NCBI GenBank assembly: GCA_018830585.1
Contig: JAHJSD010000024.1
Span: forward strand, 1 to 40,440
Direction of reading: 5' to 3'
Origin: Patescibacteria group bacterium
GTDB taxonomy: Bacteria > Patescibacteriota > Microgenomatia > UBA12405 > JAHJSD01
Length of the DNA: 40,440 nucleotides
Positions 1 through 8,177 of this stretch are shown here, one piece after another (position 1 is the first letter of the stretch; every line of letters begins with the position of its first letter). Below the pieces are notes generated by a model. It was not told where the DNA came from and ran no database searches. It saw only the letters and a list, made by a program, of their open reading frames with translations. The translations under genes were made by a program, and so were the position numbers.

Positions 1-61
1 CAAGTTGAACTTACAAACAAGACATCACAAATTACCGAAATTTGTTTTGCGGTTGCTATAT
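1..61. mobile_element. Right-end half of an IS630-related MITE/IS copy, truncated by the window edge
   Basis: Bases 1-61 are identical to 18068-18128, the right half of the MITE at 18016-18127. Both end in the same terminal repeat tttgttttgcggttgctata. Confidence 0.7.
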
Positions 62-110
62 TTTATGATGCCACAACAGTCTTTCTATCTTCCCGAGCTT
101 GCGATTAATC

Positions 111-542
111 CTACTTAATATTTTCGTATCTTCCGTCTTCGTAAGGCGGAAAGCAAATTTCGTATACTTTCAAGTTGCTACTTGTGTCAGCTTCCCATTG
201 CATTAGTTCACCAATTGCGACCGTGACAACAATAGGTTCTTTTAATTCTTCATTTACTTCATAAATTTGCTGTTTTCCGTCTGGCTTAGTAATTGTAAGT
301 TTCCCTTTTCCGGAAAGATAACCCTCGACAGTTCTATCGCCTTTCAACACCCTCTGCAAAGGGGTCTTATTGCCAGGCACAATTCTAATAATCCCCAAGT
401 CTTTAGTGGAATCGCCATCGAATGTGTAAACATCACAATCCACACCATCAACTATGTGCATCGTCTCCACAAAGGAAACGGGTTGTTCCCTTCCTTCAAA
501 CAAAAAGCTTTTAATTGATATTAGATTTTGTTCAACGTTCAT
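111..542 (-). CDS. Hypothetical small beta-rich protein (possibly cupin-like)
   Basis: Uninterrupted 143-codon ORF with ordinary, non-repeat composition. No diagnostic motif recognised; the fold guess rests only on its short beta-strand-like pattern. Confidence 0.55.
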   Translation of the reverse strand: MNVEQNLISIKSFLFEGREQPVSFVETMHIVDGVDCDVYTFDGDSTKDLGIIRIVPGNKTPLQRVLKGDRTVEGYLSGKGKLTITKPDGKQQIYEVNEELKEPIVVTVAIGELMQWEADTSSNLKVYEICFPPYEDGRYENIK

Positions 543-764
543 ATCGGTAAGTATATTTTAACACTGGGGTTCGAACCGCCTTAAGCCGAGGTTGACCGGT
601 CCCACTTCAGTGGTAATTTCCAAAGCTAATTTTTTATATTGCCAGCGACAGACTCCGGCGCGTGAGTAAACAACAAAACAGCGACCTTCCAGTAAAAATT
701 CTTTCTACCGCAAAATAGTTCCTGAATAGATGGGTTATTTGATATAATCGGTTGACCGTTTGAA

Positions 765-784
765 AAGTTTATTTGCGCCCGTAG
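765..784 (+). repeat. Orphan copy of the tRNA-Lys 5' end with its upstream flank
   Basis: aagtttatttgcgcccgtag at 765-784 is identical to 932-951 (10 nt of upstream flank plus the first 10 nt of the tRNA). The two sequences diverge after that. Confidence 0.8.
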
Positions 785-789
785 TTTTT

Positions 790-890
790 ACCCGCCGAAA
801 AGTGCACTTTGAGCCGTGTACGAACAGTACCCAAAAGGCGAAAAGCAAACGAAGGCAGGCAGTCCGGTCCCGCCGAGAATGCGAGGCGGG
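790..890 (+). repeat. Repeat X copy 1 (tRNA-associated repeat)
   Basis: Shares acccgcc...gagccgtgta(c/t)gaa(c/t)a(g/a)tac..aaaaggcgaa...ggcaggc with 1093-1163. Ends in the hairpin cccgcc-gagaatgcga-ggcggg. Confidence 0.65.
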
Positions 891-941
891 GAAAAAGTAT
901 TTGAAGTTTGAAAAAGTTTTTTTAAAATAATAAGTTTATTT

Positions 942-1015
942 GCGCCCGTAGCTCAGCCTGGTAGAGCACCCGCCTCTTAAGCGGAGGGTCGGGGGTCCGA
1001 ATCCCTCCGGGCGCA
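942..1015 (+). tRNA. tRNA-Lys (anticodon CUU)
   Basis: 74-nt cloverleaf read by hand. Acceptor stem gcgcccg/cgggcgc, D arm gctc-agcctggta-gagc, anticodon loop cuCUUaa, 5-nt variable loop, T arm ggggg-tccgaat-ccctc, discriminator A, no encoded CCA. The T loop reads UCCGAAU rather than the usual UUCGAAU. Confidence 0.9.
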
Positions 1016-1019
1016 CAAA

Positions 1020-1057
1020 AGAAAACCTTCTCTTTTTGAGGAGGTTTTCTTTTGTTT
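1020..1057 (+). terminator. Rho-independent terminator after tRNA-Lys
   Basis: A 13-bp stem (agaaaaccttctc / gaggaggttttct, one G-U pair) with loop ttttt, followed by tttgtttg. Confidence 0.75.
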
Positions 1058-1092
1058 GTCTGGATGAGCGAGGATCCCTTGTAAGAATCTAT

Positions 1093-1230
1093 ACCCGCCC
1101 AAGTTCGCAACGTGAGCCGTGTATGAATAATACTGAAAAGGCGAACGATAAGAACGGGCAGGCCTCCGGGCGCACCGAGTCTAACTCGGCTTCAGCTGCG
1201 GCAGGAGGGTGAGGACCCCCGCAAAAAAAG
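1093..1230 (+). repeat. Repeat X copy 2, containing a further tRNA 3'-end fragment
   Basis: Homologous to 790-860. Bases 1163-1174 (cctccgggcgca) match the tRNA-Lys 3' acceptor end at 1004-1015. Confidence 0.65.
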
Positions 1231-1303
1231 TTTGAGAAAAAAGTGGAACTCGGGAAAAACTATTAATCCGATAGAAAGCATTAAAGGCTTGAGACCAACC
1301 ACC

Positions 1304-1329
1304 GTCCGAATCCCTCCGGGCGCACAAAA
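1304..1329 (+). repeat. Orphan copy of the tRNA-Lys 3' end (att-like direct repeat)
   Basis: gtccgaatccctccgggcgcacaaaa at 1304-1329 is identical to 995-1020 (the last 21 nt of the tRNA plus 5 nt of flank). Confidence 0.85.
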
Positions 1330-1451
1330 TGAAATAGAAGGGTAAAAAGTTAGCAAGTGATAGTCTGTAGAAATAAAGCTTTCAATTTTTCGATTTTTTG
1401 ATAGAATTCTGAAAATCTTAAATTAACGACGCAAGATTAACTAAAATACCA

Positions 1452-1676
1452 ATGATCGACAGAGTTCTAAAGAAAGTAAGATCTACTCCACCAGCACCAC
1501 CTTCGGAAGAGACGAGAGCTTTCTATCGAAAACTCTGGGAAAGAATTACTCGTGAAGAAATACTCCTTAGCGAAAGAGAGATAGAACGAATAAGAGAACA
1601 AACTCCTGATCCTTCCCCTGAGGAAATCGAACACATCATCAATCAGGCAAACCGTCGACCTCAAAGACGTTCTTGA
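1452..1676 (+). CDS. Hypothetical small charged protein
   Basis: 74-codon ORF with no recognisable motif. An antisense ORF of similar size exists, so coding status is uncertain. Confidence 0.3.
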   Translation: MIDRVLKKVRSTPPAPPSEETRAFYRKLWERITREEILLSEREIERIREQTPDPSPEEIEHIINQANRRPQRRS

Positions 1677-1830
1677 TTAATGCCCGCCTCACCAAGAAAG
1701 TGGACTAAAATCGGCTATCTGCCTTTTTCGGATTGTCCCTTTTGTTCCTTGGAAAGACAGCAAACAAATTCTCCTCCGGCGATAAATTGAATCTCCAAAA
1801 ACTAATCCCGCCACTGCGGGACACAACAGT

Positions 1831-1858
1831 CCATGGTTTTCTTGGTTCAAATATAAAA
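1831..1858 (+). repeat. Family C repeat (ggttttcttggttca core), copy 1
   Basis: ccatggttttcttggttcaaatataaaa. The same core occurs at 10518-10551, 13592-13621 and 27062-27086, always on the + strand. Confidence 0.8.
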
Positions 1859-1907
1859 AACACTTATAACTACTGGAAAAGATAAGTTCAGACTGATAGT
1901 CTAAGAT

Positions 1908-3308
1908 ATGAGCGGTTTGTTCGGTTTAGTAGAAAGAAAAAATTGTTCTGCCACCCTTTTTTACGGTACCGACTATCACTCCCATTTGGGCACTCAAAAA
2001 GCGGGGTTGGCGATCTTAAATCACCGGATTTATCGGAGTATTCATGATATCTCCGTCTCTCAATTTAAATCAAAATTTGCTGATGAAATCGAAAAAATGG
2101 CCGGCCGGATCGGTATCGGGGTAATCAGCGATAACGAGCCCCAGCCGATTATCATCTCTTCCTCTTTTGGTACCTTTACTCTGGCCACCTCTGGCTTTAT
2201 CAGCAACAAAAAACAATTAGCCAGGGAAGTTATGAGAACGGGCGGCAGCTTCTCCGAGCTGAGCGGAGGGACGATCAATCCTACTGAGGTAGCGGGAAAG
2301 ATCATCGCTCAAAAGGAAAGTGTCATTGAGGGGATAAAATACCTTTTTGAAAAGGTTAGAGGCTCTCTTTCCCTGCTACTGCTTAACAAAGAGGGCATCT
2401 ATGCTGCCAGAGACAAACAAGGAAGAACCGGTTTGGCCGTCGGCCGAAGAAATCGAGACATTGCTATTGCCTCGGAAAGCTGTTCTTTTCCTAATTTAGG
2501 CTATCATTTGGTAAAAGAACTCGGACCGAAAGAGGTAGTCTTAATTGACACCAAAGGCAGTATAAAAACAATACTTGCCGGTGCAAAAAAAGAGAGCATT
2601 TGTGCTTTTTTATGGATCTATACTGGCTATCCCGCCTCATCTTACAATGGCATATCAGTGGAAGCAGTCAGAGAAAGGTGCGGTATTAACTTAGCCAAAA
2701 GAGATAATCTCAAAGCAGATTTTGTTACCGGCATTCCGGACTCCGGTATCGCCCATGGTTTAGGATATGCCATTGGCGCCGGCATCCCCTACCGGCGGGC
2801 TTTTGTTAAATATACCCCAGGATACGGCAGAAGTTACACGCCACCATCCCAAAAGGTAAGGGATAAAATTGCCCAAATGAAGCTGATTGCCATAGAAAAA
2901 ATTATTAAAGGTAAAAAAATCATTATCTGCGACGATTCAATCGTCAGAGGTACTCAACTTAAAAACCAAGCCATTAAAAAGCTTTGGCGTTATGGCGCAG
3001 AGGAAATACATGTTAGAATCGCCTGCCCACCGCTGATGTTCCCTTGCGCTTACCTTTTTTCCACCCGGACCAAAAAGGAACTGGCCGCCAGAAGGGCGAT
3101 CAGAAAGGTGTTCGGCAAAAGAGGTAAATCAATTAATTTAGAAAGTTTCCTTAACGAAAAAAGCGAACAATATCGAAAAATGGTTGATCAGATGAGAAAA
3201 GAACTTGGGGTAACCACCCTGAGATTTCAAACAGTAAATGACATGATTGATGCCATTGGATTGCCGAAGGAAAGATTATGTCTCCACTGCTGGATAGGAA
3301 AAAGTTGA
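1908..3308 (+). CDS. purF: Amidophosphoribosyltransferase (PurF)-family protein with a degenerate glutaminase site
   Basis: PRTase motif KKIIICDDSIVRGTQLK, plus GIPDSGIAHGLGYA and HVRIACPPLMFPCAYLF, all typical of PurF. The N-terminus is MSGLFG rather than MCG, and an in-frame stop lies 2 codons upstream of the ATG. Confidence 0.85.
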   Translation: MSGLFGLVERKNCSATLFYGTDYHSHLGTQKAGLAILNHRIYRSIHDISVSQFKSKFADEIEKMAGRIGIGVISDNEPQPIIISSSFGTFTLATSGFISNKKQLAREVMRTGGSFSELSGGTINPTEVAGKIIAQKESVIEGIKYLFEKVRGSLSLLLLNKEGIYAARDKQGRTGLAVGRRNRDIAIASESCSFPNLGYHLVKELGPKEVVLIDTKGSIKTILAGAKKESICAFLWIYTGYPASSYNGISVEAVRERCGINLAKRDNLKADFVTGIPDSGIAHGLGYAIGAGIPYRRAFVKYTPGYGRSYTPPSQKVRDKIAQMKLIAIEKIIKGKKIIICDDSIVRGTQLKNQAIKKLWRYGAEEIHVRIACPPLMFPCAYLFSTRTKKELAARRAIRKVFGKRGKSINLESFLNEKSEQYRKMVDQMRKELGVTTLRFQTVNDMIDAIGLPKERLCLHCWIGKS

Positions 3309-4244
3309 CAAGAACTTTTTCAGCTTCTCGAAACTATCCGGGTCGTAAGTTGAAGTGGGAAAAACATGGGCATTAGTTTTTTTAAAGGTTCTAATCCGTT
3401 TTCCCAATTCCTTTTCCGTTACTAAATCAGTCTTAGTCAAAACCACAATCTGCTCTTTTCTGAGCAATTGAGGATTAAACCTCTTCAGTTCGTCAAGAAC
3501 TACCTGATAGTCTTTGGCTAAATCGTCAGCCTCCAATGACAAGCAATGAATTAATAAGGTTACTTTTTCAATATGCTTTAAAAACTTAATTCCCAACCCC
3601 CTTCCCTCGGAAGCGCCTTCGATTAACCCGGGAATATCGGCAATAATTTTGCCGTTTAAGTCTCCCAAATTAGGCTCAAGGGTAGTAAATGGATAGCTAG
3701 CTGTTTTAGCTCTGGCATTAGTCAATGCATTAAGAAGACTGCTTTTACCGGCATTAGGCAAGCCGATCAAACCAATATCGGCGAGCAGTCTCAGAATTAT
3801 TTTCAGATTCCTTTTTTGTCCGGGTAAACCCGGCTGGGCGTACTTTGGGGTAGTATTGGTAGGGGATCTTAACTCATAGTTGCCCTTGCCTCCTAAACCG
3901 CCCTTGGCCAAAAGAATTCTTTGGCCTTCTTTTTCAACTTCAAAAACTTTCTCGGTATCTATGTCCGACAAAGAAGAACCTTTGGGGACAATTAAATCAA
4001 AATCCTCGCCCCCTGCCCCAGTCTTCTGGTTTTTTCCGCCCGCTTTGCCATCTTCAGCGGAACAAGCCTTCAACTGGAGATATCTTTTCAGAATAAAAAG
4101 GTTGTTCACCCCAAGAGCGTAAACATCACCGCCCTTGCCGCCGTTACCCCCGTCAGGACCGGATCTCAGTCCCGGCCCAAAGGAGACTTTGCCGACACCA
4201 CCATGGCCGGCTTTAATGGAAACTTCGATTTCGTCTATTAACAC
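3276..4244 (-). CDS. obg: GTPase Obg/CgtA
   Basis: Glycine-rich Obg fold (GHGGVGKVSF, GGNGGKGGDV, GGLGGKGN). G1 motif GLPNAGKSSL, G3 motif DIPGLIEGA, G4 motif TKTD. The 3' end overlaps the purF-like 3' end by 33 nt (convergent). Confidence 0.92.
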   Translation of the reverse strand: MLIDEIEVSIKAGHGGVGKVSFGPGLRSGPDGGNGGKGGDVYALGVNNLFILKRYLQLKACSAEDGKAGGKNQKTGAGGEDFDLIVPKGSSLSDIDTEKVFEVEKEGQRILLAKGGLGGKGNYELRSPTNTTPKYAQPGLPGQKRNLKIILRLLADIGLIGLPNAGKSSLLNALTNARAKTASYPFTTLEPNLGDLNGKIIADIPGLIEGASEGRGLGIKFLKHIEKVTLLIHCLSLEADDLAKDYQVVLDELKRFNPQLLRKEQIVVLTKTDLVTEKELGKRIRTFKKTNAHVFPTSTYDPDSFEKLKKFLSTFSYPAVET

Positions 4245-4405
4245 AAAAGCAATTATACCTGAATCTGGGCCGTTCCGGTTGGTTTATAACATTAAACACA
4301 GCGATCGCTGTCTTTAATGTTATAAGAATGGATCCCCACGAGTGGGAACGGCAAATCACTCTACCGTGGGGATTTTTCCCCGCCAGCAACTGCGTAGCTT
4401 TGGGC

Positions 4406-4530
4406 GGGTCAGAATGACGAGGTTGCTCCGGCCGTCACGTCATCCTGAGGAAGTTCTAACAACGAAGGATCCCCCTCGTTTGGGCAATTTGTCTGGATAA
4501 GGGGATTCTTCGCTACGCTCAGAATGACGG
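4406..4530. repeat. Family A palindromic repeat unit
   Basis: gggtcagaatgacgaggttgctccggccgtca...gtcatcctgag..acgaaggatccc..gcaaatt..ggggattcttcgctacgctcagaatgac. The same unit is in tandem at 7891-8125. Confidence 0.8.
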
Positions 4531-4721
4531 CAGGGAAAATCACGACACTGGATCGTTTCAATCCACCCCTCTTTCGCTTCCAGGATCGAATTCAGGCGCA
4601 AGTCCCCGCCGAAGGCTTGACAGAGGCGGGTCGGAATGATGAGATTGAGGCCAAAGACTAAGCTAAGCTTCAAACAGAGAAGTGTTTAGGGGTTAAATGG
4701 CCTAAACGGTTAAATGGGAAA

Positions 4722-5777
4722 CTAAAAAGGCAGTCTTCTTCTCAGCCTGAGCAGCTTCCACCTTAAAGAGTCGGCCCATTGCAGACCCTGGTAAAGCCAC
4801 TGATTGGTAATCAGATCCCAACTGGGGCTGTATTCAACCAAGTCCGGCCCGTAACCTAACTTAAAACGATGGAAACCATACCAGGGATGATTCTTGTCAG
4901 CATCCGGCCCCAAACCGCCCCAAAGGTCGAAATGGTGACAACCATTTTGCTTACCAAACAAAATCGCTTTCCAGCAAAGCAAATTGGAAGCCATCAGCTC
5001 ACGGTGTTTTGAATTAGAAGCCCCGTAAGGATAAAAAAGCGTGTCTTTCCAGGTAAACAGCATCCAAGCGCCAAGCACTTCTTGTTTATATTTAGCCAGC
5101 AGAATGTGCGAAATTTTAGCCGGGAACAAAATCTGCCACATTTTCCTAAAATAATCGGGAGAGTGCATATAAAATTTTTGTCTCCTTAGGGTTTTCTGGA
5201 GCAGGGAAATAAAAATTTCTAAACCCTGATCGTCACTTTTTTCCTCAACGGTAACACCGTTTTTTTCGGCCAATCTAATGTTGTATCTGGTTTTGCTATG
5301 CATATTGGAAAGTAACTCGTCTTCAGTTTTAGTCAAATTTAAAATAAACGAGTAAGGGTCAAAAAGGGGCTTAGCAGACTCGGTTAGGCCTATTTTTTCC
5401 AAATCCACCTGCCGGTCTTCGAACGGAATTTTTTCCGGTTCCCCTTTTTCGTTTTTCCAACGCCGCACAATATATGAAGGCTCGATTTTAATAAAAATCG
5501 CCTTTTGCTCTCGGGCCAACCCGCTTAAGGCGTTAATATACTCCTGGATCGGCAAACTCCCCTTAAGTAATTGGCCGGCGGAAAAAGAGGTTTTAGGAAT
5601 TTGACGAAACAGAACCAGAAGTCCGTCAACCATTTTATCTTTTTCAAAAACACCAAGGCGAACCGCCTTCATTCCGGTACTTTCTTTAAACTCTCCCCAC
5701 TCCCAGCTTTGAAGCGGATGTTTTGCTACCCGGTTATAAAAATCTTTTTCCTCAGGAAAAACTTTTCGAATAAGCAC
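4722..5777 (-). CDS. FemAB-family peptidoglycan interpeptide-bridge aminoacyltransferase
   Basis: 351 aa containing MHSKTRYNIRLAEKNGV and YPYGASNSKHRELMASNLLCW, signatures typical of the FemX/FemAB family. GTG start. Confidence 0.82.
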   Translation of the reverse strand: MLIRKVFPEEKDFYNRVAKHPLQSWEWGEFKESTGMKAVRLGVFEKDKMVDGLLVLFRQIPKTSFSAGQLLKGSLPIQEYINALSGLAREQKAIFIKIEPSYIVRRWKNEKGEPEKIPFEDRQVDLEKIGLTESAKPLFDPYSFILNLTKTEDELLSNMHSKTRYNIRLAEKNGVTVEEKSDDQGLEIFISLLQKTLRRQKFYMHSPDYFRKMWQILFPAKISHILLAKYKQEVLGAWMLFTWKDTLFYPYGASNSKHRELMASNLLCWKAILFGKQNGCHHFDLWGGLGPDADKNHPWYGFHRFKLGYGPDLVEYSPSWDLITNQWLYQGLQWADSLRWKLLRLRRRLPF

Positions 5778-5783
5778 TCCGAT

Positions 5784-5832
5784 AATACTTAATACTTAAT
5801 ATTTGATATTTGATATTTGATATTTGATATTT
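5784..5832. repeat. Tandem heptamer tract, (aatactt)x2 then (atttgat)x4.5
   Basis: Read directly. It lies 7-55 nt upstream of the FemAB-family start codon and just downstream of the uvrD stop. Confidence 0.9.
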
Positions 5833-5859
5833 CAAAAATTATCTAACTCCAGTCTACCA

Positions 5860-7725
5860 TTAGTCATCCCAGTCGTCATCATTATCCCAAGAGTCTTCCG
5901 AGCAAAGATCACTGGATTGAAAGTTTACCAATCTTTGAGGAATATCGTTTAAAAATCTGGAAATTTCATTATAATTAGTTTTGCCGAAAAATAGTCTTTT
6001 TTTGGCATAACTCAAAAAAAGCTTTTTTTTGGCCCGGGTCATGCCAACATAACAAAGGCGGCGCTCTTCTTCAAGCTGATCCGCCTCCTCCATGCTTCTG
6101 GAATGAGGCAGTAAACCTTCTTCCAAACCAACCAAGAAAACGGCGTCAAATTCCAGTCCTTTGCTGGAATGCAAAGTCATTACTCTGACCGCTTTATCCG
6201 AAATGCTGTTTTTTTCTTTTTCCTGAGCAAAATATTCCTGCTGAACCAAAGCAACGTTTTCCAAAAACTGACCGATATCGGGAAATTGCTTTGCCACCGA
6301 AGAAAGTTCTTTGATATTTTCCAAACGGCGGTAGTCATCCTCGTCTTTGGGGTTGTATTTTTCCAAATAGCCGCTTCCCACAAGGATTTCTTTAAGCAGG
6401 GTTTCCGTTTTCCTATCCCTGTCGGTATCCTTTTCCACGAAAGCCCGAACCGCATCTCTTCTTCTTTTGCCAAAATTTTTCTCTATCCTCTGCCAGGAAA
6501 TATTGTCCTTAGGGTTATAAAAAACACGAACCAAAGATAAAACGTCTTTAACTTCCGCCCGATCGTAAAACTTAACCCCGCCGACTAAAATATAGGGCAA
6601 GCCGTAACGGATAAAAGACTCCTCTATTGGCCTCGATTGGGCATTAGTACGATACAAAACAGCTATTTTAGTCGGATCCAAGCCGCCAAAGTCAACCAAC
6701 TGCTTTATCTTTTCACTGATAAACTCGGCCTCGTCAATTTCGGAACCGGCGCGGTAAACTAAAACCTTATCACCGGCTCCTTTTTTAGTAAAAAGTTTTA
6801 AAACCGGATGCTTCTCGTTTTTAGCAATTACCGAGTTGGCCGCATCCAAAATCGTCTGGGTGGAACGGTAATTTTGTTCTAAGTTAATTATTTTAATATT
6901 AGGAAAGTCTTTGGTTAGATTCATCAAATTACGGTAATCCGCTCCCCGCCAGCTATAAATCGCCTGAGCGGCATCTCCCACCGCGGTCAGATTGCCTTTT
7001 TTGCCGGCAATCATTTTGGTCAATGAATATTGAATACGGTTAGTATCCTGATACTCATCTACCAAAACATAACGGTAATTCCGGTGATATTTTTCCAAAA
7101 CGGACGGGTTTTTCCTAAAAAGCTCAATCGTATAGATTAAAAGATCGTCGAAGTCTAAAGCCCCGGAATCCCTAAGTGTCTTCTGGTATCGCTGATAAAT
7201 AAGAGCGACCGGTTCCTGGTAAGACCCTTGCGCCGAAGCTAAAAAAGTTTCCGGATCGATTAACCTGTTCTTGGCAGATTCGATTACCGACTTGATCATC
7301 CCCGGACCAAACCTGTCTTTATCAAGATTAAACTCTTTAATCAGATTTTTAATCAGAGAAAGCTGGTCATCGGCGTCATAAATGACAAAAGAGCGCGGCA
7401 AGCCGATTTTGTCCGCTTCTCTTCTCAGGATAAAAGCGGAAAAAGAGTGAAAGGTTCCGGAGAAAGGAAAGTGGGTTATTCTTTTTCCAAGATCTTTGAG
7501 CAAAATCTCTAACCGATTTTTCATTTCCCCGGCAGCTTTGTTGGTAAAAGTAAGTAACAGTAGTTGGTCAGCTTCGGCGATTCCCTGGGACACCAACCAG
7601 GCGGCCCGGTAGGTTAAAACCCTGGTTTTGCCACTGCCGGCTCCTGCCAATACCAAAAGCGGACTGCCCCAGTGTTTTACCGCTTGCCGTTGAGCCGGGT
7701 TTAAATCGTCAAGCAGGTTATTCAC
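5860..7725 (-). CDS. uvrD: ATP-dependent DNA helicase, UvrD/PcrA family
   Basis: Walker A GAGSGKT, motif II VDEYQDTN, TLHSSKGLEFD and YVGMTRAK. Short (621 aa) with an acidic DDDWDD tail. Confidence 0.93.
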   Translation of the reverse strand: MNNLLDDLNPAQRQAVKHWGSPLLVLAGAGSGKTRVLTYRAAWLVSQGIAEADQLLLLTFTNKAAGEMKNRLEILLKDLGKRITHFPFSGTFHSFSAFILRREADKIGLPRSFVIYDADDQLSLIKNLIKEFNLDKDRFGPGMIKSVIESAKNRLIDPETFLASAQGSYQEPVALIYQRYQKTLRDSGALDFDDLLIYTIELFRKNPSVLEKYHRNYRYVLVDEYQDTNRIQYSLTKMIAGKKGNLTAVGDAAQAIYSWRGADYRNLMNLTKDFPNIKIINLEQNYRSTQTILDAANSVIAKNEKHPVLKLFTKKGAGDKVLVYRAGSEIDEAEFISEKIKQLVDFGGLDPTKIAVLYRTNAQSRPIEESFIRYGLPYILVGGVKFYDRAEVKDVLSLVRVFYNPKDNISWQRIEKNFGKRRRDAVRAFVEKDTDRDRKTETLLKEILVGSGYLEKYNPKDEDDYRRLENIKELSSVAKQFPDIGQFLENVALVQQEYFAQEKEKNSISDKAVRVMTLHSSKGLEFDAVFLVGLEEGLLPHSRSMEEADQLEEERRLCYVGMTRAKKKLFLSYAKKRLFFGKTNYNEISRFLNDIPQRLVNFQSSDLCSEDSWDNDDDWDD

Positions 7726-7890
7726 AGATTTATATTAACAGATCAACTGTTTTGCCGACACGATTAACTCCCAGGGCACAAGCCAGGAGATAGTAGTTAG
7801 TATTTAGAAGTAGAAGGCGGGGAAAATTCATAAATTTTAAATGAACAAATAGCAGTAGTTTCCTTTATCCCGAGGAAGTTCGTTCCTCTC

Positions 7891-8125
7891 CCGTCATCCT
7901 GAGAAATTCTTATGACGAAGGATCCCGTCGAGAGAGCAAATTGCCAACGATTAGGGGATTCTTCCCCTTCGACAAAGCCTCAGGGTCAGAATGACGAGGT
8001 TGCTCCCGGCCGTCATCCTGAGAAATTCTTATGACGAAGGATCCCCTTGTGTAAGCAAATTACTCGTTCCATGGGGATTCTTCGCTACGCTCAGAATGAC
8101 GGGGGGTCTGGATCAGAATGACGAG
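7891..8125. repeat. Family A palindromic repeats, about 2.5 tandem units
   Basis: Two full units of cgtcatcctgagaaattcttatgacgaaggatccc...ggggattcttc...tcagaatgacgaggttgctcc, plus a partial unit. Confidence 0.85.
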
Positions 8126-8177
8126 GGGGGTTCCTTTTTGGGAACCATTGGAGACTTTACGATCTAAAAAACAGGGA

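Noticed and set aside
942-1015. Possibility that the tRNA-Lys is a pseudogene, because the T loop reads UCCGAAU (C at position 55) and 27:43 is a C-A mismatch
   Set aside because: All four stems, U33, A37 and the discriminator are intact, and a strong terminator follows. The orphan 3' fragment carries the same T-loop sequence. It was kept as a functional call with the oddity noted.
3276-3308. 33-nt convergent overlap of the purF-like and obg 3' ends as a possible antisense regulatory arrangement
   Set aside because: Short 3' overlaps are common in compact genomes. No hairpin or other signal is visible in the overlap, so it was only noted in the feature evidence.
4440-4673. 77-aa ORF. Similar ORFs occur at 14843-15097, 16434-16772, 16541-16750, 17755-18048, 17760-17948, 33918-34163 and 33942-34157.
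   Set aside because: All of them run through Family A, B or F palindromic repeats and have repeat-derived peptide strings such as HSERSEESP and PACRQAG. Both strands are open because of the palindromes, so they were not called as genes.
6169-6540. ORFs of 123 aa (+) and 97 aa (-, alternative frame) inside uvrD
   Set aside because: They are embedded in a gene with strong helicase motifs, and their composition is low-complexity Lys/Phe-rich, typical of off-frame AT-rich sequence.
7891-8125. Possible CRISPR array, because of regularly recurring palindromic units
   Set aside because: The units are about 100 nt, directly abutting and mutually diverged, with no unique spacers of constant length. 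The same unit occurs singly elsewhere, and there are no cas genes.
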